Made by a program: the position numbers and the translations under genes. From Lama glama (lineage: Eukaryota), in assembly GCA_028534125.1 (NCBI GenBank), contig CM052818.1:21082001-21146000 (forward strand): DNA of 64,000 bases, given 5' to 3'. The notes under the pieces are model-generated. The model had not been told where the DNA came from, did no database searches, and saw only the letters and a list, made by a program, of their open reading frames with translations. Below, piece after piece: positions 13,065 through 25,826 of this stretch. The first letter of the stretch is position 1. Every line of letters starts with the position of its first letter.

Positions 13065-14110
13065 TATTTGCCACACGGTCGTTAAAAGGATGAGGCTCTT
13101 CCCTCCCACTGTCTCCAGAAAGTGCAACTGCCCCATTTCCAACTTCCATTTTCGTAGAACCGTTAAATTACTCGAGACACACTCCCAGGCAGACTCGGTG
13201 GGAGGCAGGAAACTCTGTCCTGACTGCCAGTTACGGGGATAAAAACGAGACAGGCGCAGACTCCGGGTGTCCAACCCTCCCCCTCCCACCAGGCTCTTCC
13301 CAGCCCAAGAGCTTCCACCGGCTTCCCTGAGAGGTCCCGCCTGTCAATCAGCACATGCTTCCTGCTCAGAGCTGTTGAGAGCTCCCTGTGTGAGAGGGAG
13401 TTTGGCATCTCACCGTCTATCCCCCTGGCCCGACAACACTTGACAAACTTGTGGCATCTGCTGAGTGCCAAGGAGGACCAGTGGTAATAAAGAGATCAGA
13501 GAAGAAAGAGCTCGGCTTGGACTGGAGTATCCAGAACTTCTTGGACAAGGTCACGCTCTCACCTTATCTCCATCTCTCCCCACAGCCAAAGCCCTAGCCC
13601 TAGCTGACTCTCACACGAAGACATGCCACAGAGAAGAAGAAGGAGGGGGTGAGGGCTGGGAGAGGATCTGAGTGCCCTCACCTCTAGAAAATAAAACAAC
13701 TGCCACCCTGGTCCCTGTTGGTGAAGACAGATGAAGGGAAGCTCCTTCTTATTGTAAATAATGAATTCAGTAGCATCTCACTGAGAGAACAGTGAACTCT
13801 GGTGAGGGGGAAGTGAGAGCCCACATGCACAGAGGTCTGCTTCCCAATAATTATTTTGATGCTTACTTCCTTATACAAGCAGCACAAATTCTCTGTACCG
13901 CATGATTTAGGATAGAGTTAATTTATTTGAAGAATGGTAAAAATCTGATCTTCTGGAACTTTCTCCACGAATGTGAATATTTTCTTTTCACTAACTGCTT
14001 TCTAATAAAACAAACATTTATAGACCAGTCACTTTATGCCAGAGACTAGGCAAAAGACTTAATACAGGTAATCAGTTGTAGACCTCTCATCTGTATAAGT
14101 AAACACTATT

Positions 14111-14410
14111 TGTTATGGACTGAATGTGTGCGCCCTGCCAAAATGCACCGAAGCCCAATCCCTGACGTAATATGTATTAGGAGGTGGGGTCTTAGTGCCC
14201 TTATAGGAGAGACTCGGGAGAGCTCGCTCTGTCACCCCATTCTGCCGTGTGAGGACACAGCAAGAGAATGGCTGTCTGTGAACCAGGAAGCAGGCCCTCA
14301 TCACACACTGAATCTGCTGGCAACTTGATCCTCCAGAGCTGTGAGAAATACATTGTTGTTTAAGCTACCCAGTCTATGGCATTTTTGTGATAGCAGCCTG
14401 AACTGAGACA
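14111..14410 (+). mobile_element. MaLR solo LTR (MLT1A/B-like) inserted in a MIR
   Basis: TG...CA ends (tgttatggactgaatg...gcctgaactgagaca) and a 5-bp TSD ctatt/ctact. MIR sequence resumes with tttacagatgaggaaactgag. Confidence 0.9.
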
Positions 14411-15184
14411 CTACTGTTCAGTTTACAGATGAGGAAACTGAGACGTGGAGAAGCCGAGTAACTTGCCCACAGTCCCTCAAATGTAGGTTGTAGATTCAAA
14501 ATCTGAACTCTGGCATTTTGGCCCGGAGCTTGTCTTCTAAATTATCTACAACCTTTGTCTCCCCATCTCACACGCCTCCTTTGTGCCTGGAGCTGAGCAT
14601 AAAATAAATGCTTTAGACTGGTTGGGTCACTAGAGAAATGAGAGAGAGCTGGAAATTCAGGGCCAGTCTGTGCCTTGAGCCTTTGAGCCCCCTCTGCAGA
14701 CCTCTTCTTTTGAGTTGGTTGAGGGAGGTTATCTTCTGTGTTCTTGAACCCACCCAGAAAATTTCTGTCTCTTCTAATGTCAGTTTAGTTAATTAGAGGA
14801 TTTGAAAATTTAACCAAATGTGGAGCATCTTAGAAGCATCTTTGAAGTTGCTAGGAAGCATTTGCAAATTTCCATGGACCATGTTTCCTGTGGTTGAATT
14901 TTCACTTGTTCCGAGTAAAAAGTTCTTGGGCAAGGCTTGCCAGCTCAGGATCCTTACTCCTCTTGGTTGTTACAACCTGTCATTGTCCCAGAGTTTCCCC
15001 AGCTAGTGTTCTGACCTGATGGGTGAGTAGAAATGGTGATGGAAGAGTCAGTGCCACTTGCTTCTCTGGTTTCCTTGGGTCAATATAGTGGTCATAAGGG
15101 CAGCCACTGTCCATCAGCGTGTATCCTTATGTGCAAGGAGTCCGCACTTTGCTTGACAGCTTCAGCCTATGTGCTGAAGCCCCG

Positions 15185-16085
15185 TAAGGCCGTCTTAATA
15201 ATCATGTGGGGAAAATGTTCGTTTTGTGAACTTTAAAATTTTTTGTCAAAACATTAAGAACTCTCTTACTGTCAGCTATAAATGTTTATTGAAATGAAAT
15301 ACAATAGTAAAACCAATATGTATTTAGTATAATCTACCCTAAAACATTGGAAATGTTGAGAACTTACATGTTTTTGTGTGTGTGTATGTAAAACCTATCA
15401 AGAAAAGTTTAAATAGTGCACCCCAGCTTCTCATCATAGAACGTACGATGCAGAGCAAGCGTCTTTTCTATGCCTTGGCAAATCATCATACTCCTTTCTC
15501 AGTTTGGATCAGCTTCCAACACGTTCTTATTTGTGCTCTCAATATTGTGGAGTCTCTCTGAGAGTTCCTTTCACGTGAAACTTTTTGCCCGTGTCACTTC
15601 CTCTGGGACATCTTCACCCTTTTCACCACAACCATTCTCCACTTTTGTCACTGATTTTGCCTTCACTGAGCCCTCCCGCTTCATATGAGAGTCTCTCAAA
15701 GAGTGGAATCACCAATGTTCCCATAGTCGGCTGTTTCTTTTATGACTCCATTATGTTGGGTTTGAGTTTTACTTCCAGCATTGTCCCTTTTGTTTCTTTG
15801 CTGCACTTTCGTTTTCCTTGGCCAGCTCTCTCCTGTGACTGTCACATGGGTTTGTCACTGGGACACAAGGAGGCAGCACAGATATGTGCTTTGCTGCCAG
15901 TGTGCGGACTGAGTAACAGATACACAGGGATCAGTCACTGACAGTCTTTGAAAGAAGTGATGCAGTTGGCCACATGATGTGCTTCTGTCATTTACACAGA
16001 GATTTGTGGATTGAAGAGCTAGCAGAGAAGTGTGTTCTTTATGCAATTACTCACATTTAATACCATGGTAACCAGAATTAGAACC
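15185..16085 (-). mobile_element. Tigger13a-like TcMar-Tigger DNA transposon
   Basis: Minus strand gaagatgtcccagaggaagtgacacgggcaaaaagtttcacgtgaaaggaactctc...ttggaagctgatccaaactgagaaaggagtatga matches the recalled consensus. Confidence 0.8.
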
Positions 16086-16483
16086 AGGTTGTTGGGACTG
16101 GTGTTATTGAACTAAACCACGATAACTGAAATTCATGCTTATTTGAACTCTGCAAAGTGAGCACTGTCTGTACATTATCTCATTTGGTTCTCACAATAGT
16201 TTTATGAAGGATGAGGGTTACACTATTGTTGTACCCATTTATAGATGAAAAGGCTTAGAGAGGCCAAATAACTTGCACCCACAGGCCCACAGCAAGGCAG
16301 TGATGGAGCGGGGACTGGAGCTCCCATCTGTGCATCCAGCTTGCCCACTCCACAGGGTCTTATTTGGAAGGAGGAAGGTAGTCGTGCCTTTCCCTGGAGG
16401 GCACTTCATTCTACAAAAACCTTGTGCAGCCTCATCACACTCCTTGTCCTTGGGCTACAGAGGTGCCATTTAAACTCCCCCAG

Positions 16484-16538
16484 CAACTCCTACACTGCTA
16501 CAGATGGCCTGGCTCCCCCCTCCTCCGCCCGGAGGCAG
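16484..16538 (+). ncRNA. Candidate non-coding exon
   Basis: Weak acceptor ctcccccag (alternative at 16460) and strong donor CAG|GTAAGA. Confidence 0.2.
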
Positions 16539-17422
16539 GTAAGATAAGAATCCACACATCCATTTTAAATGGGAAGAAATGGAATCCTGGAGAGTGGAAG
16601 AGTCTAGTCCACGCAGCGCAGGGATGAGGGAGCACCTTTTGCAGGTGCACTCTCTGACGGCTACAGTAGAACATGAACCGGGGCTGGCCCTGCAACAGCT
16701 GCAGCTCTTCCCCACCCTCCTCACCCCTCACTGGCCACACTGTTGGGGATCCCCCACCCCGTCCCAACAGCAGGAAAGCCTGGTCTTACTCACTTGGCCC
16801 AGCCCAGATAGGAAGGATGTTTCTCATTAATAGGATCAGAAAAGGCATCTCTCTGAGAATGAAAGGAAACGTGGCTTTATTTGCTAAGGTCGCTCCCCTC
16901 GAAAGCCCTCCAGAAAGCATACAAAATCGTTAAATTATCAAAACATTAATTAGATTGTTAAATAAGACCGACTCTAATCCTCAAACCATGTGGGGCAGGC
17001 CCTTTGATGCATCTGGCCTAATGGCTTTAGGGTCCAGCGGGCACTTCCTTTTCAGAAAGTTGAAGTCTTGGAAGAAACAGCTGAAAAAAAAGTAGGTGAT
17101 TGTGTAGAGACAGCATGTGCCCCAGCAGAGACTTGGACAGGCAGTCTGGGGACTCCTCTGACCACAGCTCCCCCAAGATAAAAGCCTCCCACCTCCAGCT
17201 TCCCCTGCTCCCACCTGAACCTCCCATCCTGACATTTGGAACACGTGGTTATATCCTGTGACTTCAACTCACAGGTTCTCACGTTTGAGTCTGGTCTCTT
17301 CAGATATGTTGTAAGCGTCTTGAGGGTGGGGACCAGATGTTCTATGCTCTATTCTTTACAGCACAGACTCTAAAAATTAAAAGGAAACCTTTTTATTTTC
17401 TCTCCACTCTCTGTCCCCCCAG

Positions 17423-17567
17423 CTGACGTAATGGAGAACGTGACTTGGAAATCAACCTCACCCGCTAGTCCAGATACTGGGAGAGCATCCCCAGATTAGG
17501 ACCCAGAGCCGCATCCACGCCCTGCTGCAAGGAATTTCTGCACTGAGAATATGAACTAGGAGACACA
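17423..17567 (+). ncRNA. Candidate non-coding exon (145 nt)
   Basis: About 35-nt AG-free polypyrimidine tract ending ccccccag, and donor ACA|GTAAGT. All three frames contain stops. Confidence 0.35.
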
Positions 17568-18369
17568 GTAAGTTCAGGCTATGTGGCTTTAATTCAAGTG
17601 AGACTGGGGGAAATTCACTTTCTGCTTTTCAGCTCCCCAAATTTCTGCATTTATTTCTTAGGTTAAAACTCTAGAGGTTGTTTGGACCTGTTGGAATAGG
17701 ACTAGTGAAAGGAAAAACTTCAAAAAACCTATGTTGGACAACTTGAGTCAACTCATTTTAGAAAATCATCATTTATTGAAGGCCTTTTAAGTGTCATACA
17801 TCATGAGAGGAGTTTTCTCAAGTCTAAAGAGTAATTCCCATTTGGCAAATGAGAAAACTCGTTCAAAAGATTATGTAATTTCCCCATGTTTAACTAGTAA
17901 ATGCAAGAAGGAGGATTTGAATCAATCTGATTGACCCCAAGGTCTCTCATAATCCCTTTTTTAATCTATTCTCCTAGCATGTGAGCTGTTCTCACTGCGT
18001 AGAGGCCCGTCTCTCCTGTGCATTGTAAATCCTACTTAGCCTTCAGCCTCAACTCAAACCCCCATTTCTGATTTACCTCCCTCATCTCACTTCCCATGGT
18101 ACCCTTTGCTTAATTCTGTGACAACACTTAGAACACTGGGTTCTACTATGTGGCGTCCCCTAGTACCCTTCCAGTCTGTAAGCTCAAGAATCATTTATTA
18201 CTCATCTTTATGACTTCAGTGCTTAATGTAATACCTGTCCCTTAGTAGGGCTAGCCTAGAAATGGCAACACAGCCTTTCTCTCTCTCAACACTTGTCCTT
18301 AGACCTAGCCATGTGTTGTGAGGAAGCTCTGGAGATGTTCTGACCACAACCCCAGCTGAAGTCCCCAGT

Positions 18370-20900
18370 CGAGTCTGCTCTAATAAGTCAGGTGAAAGAT
18401 AATGGTGACTTGGACCCTGGTGGTAGTAGTGAAGATCATACAAAATGGCCAGTTTCTGGATGAGTTCTGAAGAGAGAGCTGGAAGACTTTGCTGGTGATT
18501 CATAAGTAATAAGAAAGAGAGACGTCAAGGATATCGCCAAGGCCCAGGCACCAGAAGGATGGCATAGCCATTTACTAAGATGAGGAAGACGAGGATGTGC
18601 AGGTTGGGGTGGATGGTAGAATCAAAAGCTCTTTTTTACACATGTTAAGTTAGAGTCCCATATTGAAGCAGAGATGTTGTGCTTGCAGCTGTGTATATGA
18701 GTCTAGAGTTCAGGGGGCTGGAGATGGAAATTTGGGAACCATCAGCATATAGACGATAATTAAACCCATGAGAAAGGATGAAATCACCAAGGAAGTGCAT
18801 GTAGATAGAGAAGAGATAAAGCCCAAGGACTGTCCGGGGCCGTGTCAGTGCTCAAAGTTTGAAGAGATAAGAAAGAATCAGCTTAAAGCAGGAAGAAACA
18901 AAGAAGGAACCAGCAAAGGAGTCTGAAAGGGAGTGGCCAAGGGTAAAAGGAGATACAACAGAGCTAAGAGCTAAGGAAAGAAAGTTTCAGGAAGGATGGG
19001 GTGATCAGCTGTGTCAAAGCTGCTGTGGGTCAGGTAAGATGAGGACTGAAAATTCACCAAGAGATTCAGCATCATGGTGGTCATCGGAAACTTTGATGAG
19101 AAAGGCTTTGTTGGAATGGTGAGGGCAGAAGCCTGGCTACAGTGAATTGGAGAGGGAATGGGAAACAGGAGCAGGTATAGCCCACACTTGAGACAAGTTT
19201 TGCTATTAGGAGCAGAGAAATGATGTAGAAACTAGAGGAGTTGATAGGGTGAAGAAAGAGTTTTTTAAAAATATAGGAGATACAACAATGCGCTAATATG
19301 CTGATATAAAGGGTCCTCTAAAAGAAAATAGCGGTGATGGTGCAGGAGAGAGATTATTCCAGAAAGCCCTTGTATTGGCAAAAGGGGTGGTATCTGATGT
19401 ACTAGTGGAGGGATTGGTTTCGGATAAGAGTGGCCACTGTTCATCCACAATGCGGGAGGGAAGGCAGAGTACTGGGGACAAATGCAGACGAATGGGTGAC
19501 TTTGGAGGCAGGAGCCTGTGGGAGTCCTTTGCTGACTGTGTTCTCACAAGGAAATGGGGAGTGGGGCCCTTACTGGACACAGACGACAGATCAGTATCTG
19601 AGACAGTGGGAAAGTGACTAGACTAGGAGTACCAGGCAGAACTAAGGGTCCACTTGAAGTTAGTGCTCATGAATGTGAATGCGAACTTGTGTATGTTTCT
19701 CTGCAGCCATATTCAGCTGCATGGGTGCAGGCATGGAAGATTCAATTCTAAAAGGATTGAGATTTTGCCAGGAATACAATGAAGGGAGAAAGTTAGCCAG
19801 GGAAATTGAGAGGAGGGATTATAGGGATAGGATGTGGAATCTAAGACAGGAAAGGAAGAAAGGGCATGAGGGACATGGAAAAGTTGTGAGAGCAATAAGT
19901 TATAGGTCCCAGTGGGACTAAATAAGAGCTGGTGCTAGTCCACGGAGTGTCTTCAGTGAATTAGATAAACGTTTCCCCTCTAGGTGATACAGCCCCACGA
20001 TTGTGCAGAGAACAAGCTGCCTCTTCCCCTGGGTGGATAAAGCCATGATCCAGGGTACATAGTGTCATTTCTGGAGCTTAGGTTGGATTTCAGGGCCCAC
20101 TTGTCCCCTTAGCCAAGGACTTTTGTACAGTACCCAAAATACACAACTGTACATGGCTGCCCTGGGTCAAAGGATTGTTGGGGCCGAGTATTAGAGGGGT
20201 GTGATACAAGGCAGCAGTTGGTGATCCTAGCATGGGAGGATGAAACTGAGATTGTGAGAGGGTGGCAGTTATTCGCAATTGGCAGGTTATAAGATGTGAG
20301 TGTCTTTGATTGGAGAGGAGATTGTCAAGGAACTGAGAAGTCCGGAAGTTGGGAGGATCGCCGTCATGGATACTAAAATCACCAAAAATTATAACTGCAG
20401 AGTGTGGGAAACAGTGCAGTGAGCTGGGGCTCTGTAGATGACTGCAAAAAGAGACCATTGCAGGGTCTGTAAGCTGATGACATGTGCTTCAAAGCAGGCA
20501 TTTTATTGAGGAGCAAGGAACAGTTGTGTCCAAGCAGCAAGGATCAGGGAGGACCTGCTATTCCAGCTCCAGACCTAGTGGCATGAGGGATGGAGGAGAG
20601 GAAGCAGCCCCCACCTGAGGGCTGCAGAGGAAGCTGTGTCCTGAGCAGAAAGCCAGCTTTTGGTTAGAGCAAGAACATGGAGAGAGCATTCAGGGAGAAA
20701 CAGAGGATGGAGGGGGATGGACCATGAAATCCAGGGAGCTTGGGGAATTGGGGGAGTGGGAGACAGGCTAAGATTAGGGCTTCATGGAGCTGTCTGGAGG
20801 GGAATGTTATGGCTGAAGGATGTTCTGGAAGTCCTGGGCTCGTTGGGGTGATTGACATAAACGGGAAGAAAGGGCATGATGGTCTGCAAGGCAGACTGTA
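18370..20900 (-). mobile_element. Long LINE-2 remnant
   Basis: Continuous purine-rich L2 antisense sequence. Remnant peptides LLSETNPSTSTSDTTP (cf. LLSKANPSTCALDPIP) and VIIFGDFSIHDGDPPNFRTSQFLDNL (endonuclease GDFN motif region). Confidence 0.85.
19990..20164 (-). mobile_element. MER91A-like hAT-Tip100 MITE nested in the L2
   Basis: Minus strand cagggcagccatgtacagttgtg...ggctaaggggacaagtgggccctgaaatccaacc. Confidence 0.7.
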
Positions 20901-22669
20901 GTCCTGAGTGTGAGGTGGGAGTGTCTCGTAAGAGCACATGGAATCTGAGGCCCCTCTTCACTCCTGCTGGTGGAGGTGAGGAAATGGGGTTGGAGGGACA
21001 CTGTATTACCCTTAGTCTGTATCTGATTACCTTATCAGAAAAAATGCCTTCTGATTAGTCCAATTTGGGTATTCCTTCAACTCCATGTGTCTCTATCTTA
21101 ATGACAAGTGTTGTTCACTCTCTCAGACTGAACATAGTAAGTCAGTGATGCCCCAGAAGGTCAGGCCTCCACTGGACTAAACTTCTGGAATCCATATCCA
21201 TGCAGCTGCTCCCAACTCGGAATTCCAACTGGAATGTCCAGTCCGATAGGCCCTCTGAGGCTCCCATCCTCGCGGCCTTCTAATGTACTGGCCCCGGGCT
21301 GTTCTGTAAACTGTTGAAGCCATCTTCAGCTCACTCTAAACCGGAAGGACTAGATGTATATCGGGAGAAACCAAAACACTGTTTGATTAATCACCACCTT
21401 GCAAGCTGGAGAGTGATGGCTGGGCACAAAATGTGGTCGTTATCTAAATTGAGTGTCGGCCTGTCCCCGGGATCTCGAATAAATGGACTCCCCTCTATTT
21501 ATAAACAAGCCTGAGGGATGAGCAGCTTGGTTTACGTTGGGAAGCAGCCATCATTCATTTTTATCCATCATACCTGCTTTTAGTGATATTACACACACAC
21601 CCGGCTTGGGCTAGAATCTCAACAACCCAAGAGGTTTATGTGCTTTTAACACCAATTTTGAGGGTCTCTGTGTACATTTCATCATGCGGGGGTAACGGTG
21701 GGCCTGAAACGCAGTGTGTGAGCTGATTGCTTCCTCACGGCTCCGTGCAGGGTTCATGATGATGGTGAAACTGGGTAAACTACTGTTGGCCCCGAGGGTG
21801 TGCTTGTGATCTGCAGGTGATTACAGGAGGTGAGAGGATGTGAGCCACTTGGAGAATCAGGGTTCCCCTGGCAGGAAAGGGGTGGAGTGGAGCCAGGTGA
21901 GGAAGACGGTCTGTCACGTGCAAGTGAGCCCAGAGCAGCCCCGGCCCCAGGCAGGCATTTGGCACTTAGCATATGCTGAGTGGATAGACGGAGAGGGAAG
22001 GGAGGGCTGGCGAGAGCAGAGTTCCTCCACTTGGTAATACAAATTATTTAACATTGGAATCGCATTTTCATTGTTTCCAGCTCTCCTCAGATATTAATGC
22101 TATGTTTAAAATAGTCCTGAGCGAAGTGCAAGGAATCACTTTAGAGGTGAGGAGTCTGAAGCACAGGATGGGGGGTTAGCTTGCAAAAATCACCCGTGTG
22201 TTTACTCTTAAGGTCAGATTTCCAGCTCCGGAATCATTCCACTCAATCCTTAGCGCATCCCTATTGTGTGTTGGGCTCTGTTGAGAGAGCGGAAGTCTTT
22301 CCACTTCCACCTAACCAGTTTTATGAAATAATCAGAGACTAGGCAGAGTCCTGGTTAGGGCAAAATTTGCCCTGGGAGCTAAGAGGGAAAATGAGAGGGT
22401 AGATCAGGCGTCCCCCGGGTGTGGGGCTGGTGTCCTTACAACAGCACTGTCCCACAATAATACAGCGTGAGCCATCTGTGTCATTTTACATTTTCTAGTG
22501 GCTACACTACAAGAAGTAAAAAGAAACAGGTGAAATTAATTTTAATAATATACTTAACACATAATAGCCCAAATATTATCAACACAGAATCAATATGCAA
22601 AATTATTAACGAGATGTTTTAAATTCTTTTGTTTTTGTATTAACGCTTTGAGATTCCCATGTGTAGGTT

Positions 22670-22780
22670 ATCTTTTTTTTCAGTTTCATTGAGGTATAAT
22701 TGATATTAAAAAACTGCACACATTTAATGTATACAATTTGATGAATTTGGACATATGCATATACCTGTGAAACCCTCACC
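22670..22780 (-). mobile_element. L1 3' end fragment (L1MA/MB-like)
   Basis: attgaggtataattga...aaactgcacacatttaatgtatacaatttgatgaatttgg. Degenerate TSD cccatgtgta/cccacgtata. Confidence 0.8.
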
Positions 22781-22937
22781 ACCCACGTATATTTTACTTC
22801 TCTATTCATATCCTAAATTTTTATTAGAAAAATTTGATCTGTATTTAGATTCCATTAAATATCCAGTTGAAAAAGTAAACTCATATAGGTAGGTTGTTCC
22901 AAACAGACTTAAAATTTTCTAATAAATATTGGTTTTT

Positions 22938-23335
22938 ATTTTTTTATAACTTTTTAAATTGAAGTATAGTTGGTTTACAATGTTTCAGATGTACAGCAAA
23001 GTGATTCAGTTATACACATGTGTACGTATTCTTTTCCAGATTCTTTTCCGTTACAATAGGTTATTACAAAATACCAAATACAGTTCCCTCTGCTATACAA
23101 TTTGTCCTTGTTGTTTATCTATTTTATATATAGTAGTGTGTATCTGTTAATCCCAAACGCCTAATTTATCCCTCCCTCCCCCTTCCCCCCCAGTAACCAT
23201 AAGTTTGTTTTCTATGTCTGTGAATCTTTTTCTGTTTTGTAAATAGGTTCACTTGGTTCATTTTTTAGATTCCACATACAAGTGATATCATATATTTGTC
23301 TTTCTCTGTCTGACTTAACTTCACTTACTTGTAAG
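22938..23335 (-). mobile_element. L1 3'UTR fragment
   Basis: ttgaagtatagttggtttacaatg...ttagattccacatacaagtgatatc. Degenerate TSD tattggttttta/tattagttttta. Confidence 0.9.
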
Positions 23336-23799
23336 TGAATTATTAGTTTTTAAATTTAGATGAACTAAACTTAACTATATTTAAAAGTCAGTTTTTCAGT
23401 AATGCTAGACACATTTCAAGTGCCTAGTAGCCATACATGGCTTGTGGCCACCATGTTGGACAGCTCGGCCATAGAGTAATAATGGCAGCCAGAGTGGCAG
23501 AAACTCGGCTTTTTATAGAGTTTCAGACTCTGGGAAGTGGGTCAGGCTTTCTCTTTCCCATCATGCACCACCTGGCATCTTCTTTCCATTTGTTATCCTG
23601 CTCAGTGTGACTGCTTCCCCGGAGGACAAGGCCTCAGTCTATGACCCATCCATTGAAGCGTGAGTAACTTCAGTAGGTAGTGGTTGTGGATTTGTGACGC
23701 CACACTCTTGTCTCCTCTGACGAGGAGGCTGACACATGTCACAGTACACCAGTGTCCTCTCAGACCCACAGAGGGGTAATGATCCTTCCTCGTGACTGT

Positions 23800-23992
23800 C
23801 AACACATACACACATCATACAACCCCCACACACCACAACACACATACACATACACACACACACACACGCACACAATCCCCCCAAGCACACACACCATACA
23901 TACCACACACACACACAGACATACCACTCACACACACATCCCTCAGACGCACACCCCTCACACACACACCACACACACACACACATGCACAT
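23800..23992. repeat. Degenerate (CA)n-rich low-complexity tract
   Basis: Interrupted CA/CAC repeats. Confidence 0.95.
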
Positions 23993-24232
23993 CTTGTTCT
24001 TCAAAGGTCTGTGACACTGAGTAAGGAGCAGGCGCTGTCCATTCTGCATTGTTGACCCTCCAAAACTAGTTTTTGAATGATAAGGCTTAAGCCCTGAACA
24101 AGGAGTTAGGAGACTTGTGATCTATTTCGGGTTCTGCTGCCAGTGACCCATGTATAATCTTGACCAAACCAGTTAACTCCAGTTTCCTATAAAATGAGAG
24201 GTTAGGTCTTCCCCAGCTCTGATATTCCAGTC

Positions 24233-24407
24233 CAGGGGTTGGCAAACTTCTGTCTGTGGGTCAAATCCGCTCCCGCCCATTCATTTACGTATTGTCTGTG
24301 GCTGCTTCACCTACAATTGCAGAGCTGAGGATTTGGGCCAGAGACCATATGACCCACAAAGCCGAAAATATTTATTCTCTGGCCTTTTATAGAGTTTGCT
24401 AATCTTG
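24233..24407 (-). mobile_element. MER58A-like hAT-Charlie MITE (internally deleted)
   Basis: TIRs caggggttggcaaac / gtttgctaatcttg and internal cattcatttacgtattgtctgtggctgct. Confidence 0.85.
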
Positions 24408-24619
24408 CGCTCATCTGTGGTTCCAACTAATTTTAATCCTATCTACACATTAATTTTGTTCCTTATTAACTTGACAAATATTCACTCAACAAATAATGGT
24501 CACCATTATTGTGCAGAGTATTATGAAAATCACTGAAATACAATGGTGACCAATATAGCCACAGTCATTGCCCTCAGGGACTTGAACATTCCTGATCACT
24601 AGAAGTTGCTGATCCCCAG

Positions 24620-25494
24620 TGTGGTAGAGTTTGCTGTTGTCCCCCAGTAGCCATCTAGGTGTCATTTATGTGTCAAGTTAGCTGAGCTGTAGTGCTCAGA
24701 TATTTGATCAAACATTATTCTGTTTCTTTAAGGGTGTTTTTGGATGAGGTTAACATTAAATCAGTTTATAGAACACTTACCAAGTGGACTTTGAATAACG
24801 CAGATGGCCCTCCATGATGTGGGTGAGCCTCAGCTGAAGGCCTGAATAGAACAGAACGGCTGGCAGCACAAAAGAATCCCCCAGCCCGTGGCCTTCAGAC
24901 TGGAGCTGCAGCACCAGCTCTTCTGGCTCTCCAGCCTGCCAGCCCATCCTGAGGATCTTGGTCTTGCCAGCCTCCATACCACGTGATTCCTTATAACAAA
25001 TCTCTTATTATATGTAAATGCATCCTATTGGTTCTGCTTCTCTGAAGAACCCTAACAAACATAGTAAAATTTTTAACTGGCAAATGGCCGTCTGGAATAA
25101 AGACTATATTTCCCAGCCTCCCTTGTCACTAGGTGTGGCCGTGTGACCATATGAGATATAAGTAGAAGTTTGTGTGGCAGACTCTAAGGACCTTCCTTAA
25201 AAGACAGCTGGTGCATGCCCTTCGCTACCTCTTCCTTCTTCCTCCTCCCTGCTGCCTGTAACAGAGATGTGGCAGGGGGTGCTCCATTCTCGACCACAGG
25301 AGGAGGACCAGCCTGTGAACTGGAGATGCCAAAATGGGGAGAACCCAGAATGAATCTGGGTTCCTGAGGGTTTTGTGGAGTAAAGCTACAGTGTTGTCTT
25401 GAACTATACTTGAGAGAGAAATGAACTCCTTGGTCTCATCCACTGCTATTTTAGTTGTTAGTTACAAGTAGCCACTGAATCCTAAATGACATAC
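24620..25494 (+). mobile_element. MLT1J-like MaLR LTR, split by an MLT2 LTR
   Basis: tgtggtagagtttgct at the 5' end, resuming near 25062 with ctatatttcccagcctcccttg...ggtgtggccgtgtgacc. Confidence 0.7.
24660..25061 (+). mobile_element. ERVL solo LTR (MLT2B-like)
   Basis: ttatgtgtcaag...gatcaaacattattct...ggatgaggttaacatt...catcctattggttctgcttctctgaagaaccctaac. Confidence 0.85.
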
Positions 25495-25800
25495 CCACCC
25501 TTTTGTGCGTCCCTCTGCTATGCCTGAGTACAGTACCTGCTGGAACCGAGGGGACCTGCCACAGGGTCCAGAGTGTGCTGCATGCATGTGTGCAGGTCCC
25601 GGTTGTCTTTACGTATCCCAAAGGACAGGCTGGAACAAAGGAGGGTTGTCCTCCCAGGAAGTTAAGTTTAAAAAGAAATGGGGATTGTAACCTAAATATT
25701 ACATCCTTCTCTTTCCCTTGGCTAGATGAAATTTTGTTTTAAAAACAACCTTTTAAAAAAAATTCAGCCCATTGAATAGTTTTTCTTTCTTTTTGATGGA

Positions 25801-25826
25801 GTGTGTGTGTGTGTGTGTGTGTGTGT
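25801..25826. repeat. (GT)13 microsatellite
   Basis: Perfect dinucleotide run. Confidence 1.

Larger units (their letters stand above)
22442..23468 (+). mobile_element. hAT-Charlie element (MER33/Charlie1-like) interrupted by two L1 3' fragments
   Basis: Terminal inverted ends cagcactgtcc...ttggacagct, internal aaagaaacaggtgaaattaattttaataata, and cacatttcaagtgcctagtagcc. Confidence 0.85.

Noticed and set aside
21495..21504. MEF2 consensus CTATTTATAA
   Set aside because: A single AT-rich 10-mer without supporting context. A match is expected by chance in 64 kb.
23639..24055. His/Thr-rich and Cys/Val-rich ORFs
   Set aside because: Translations of a CA-rich low-complexity tract.
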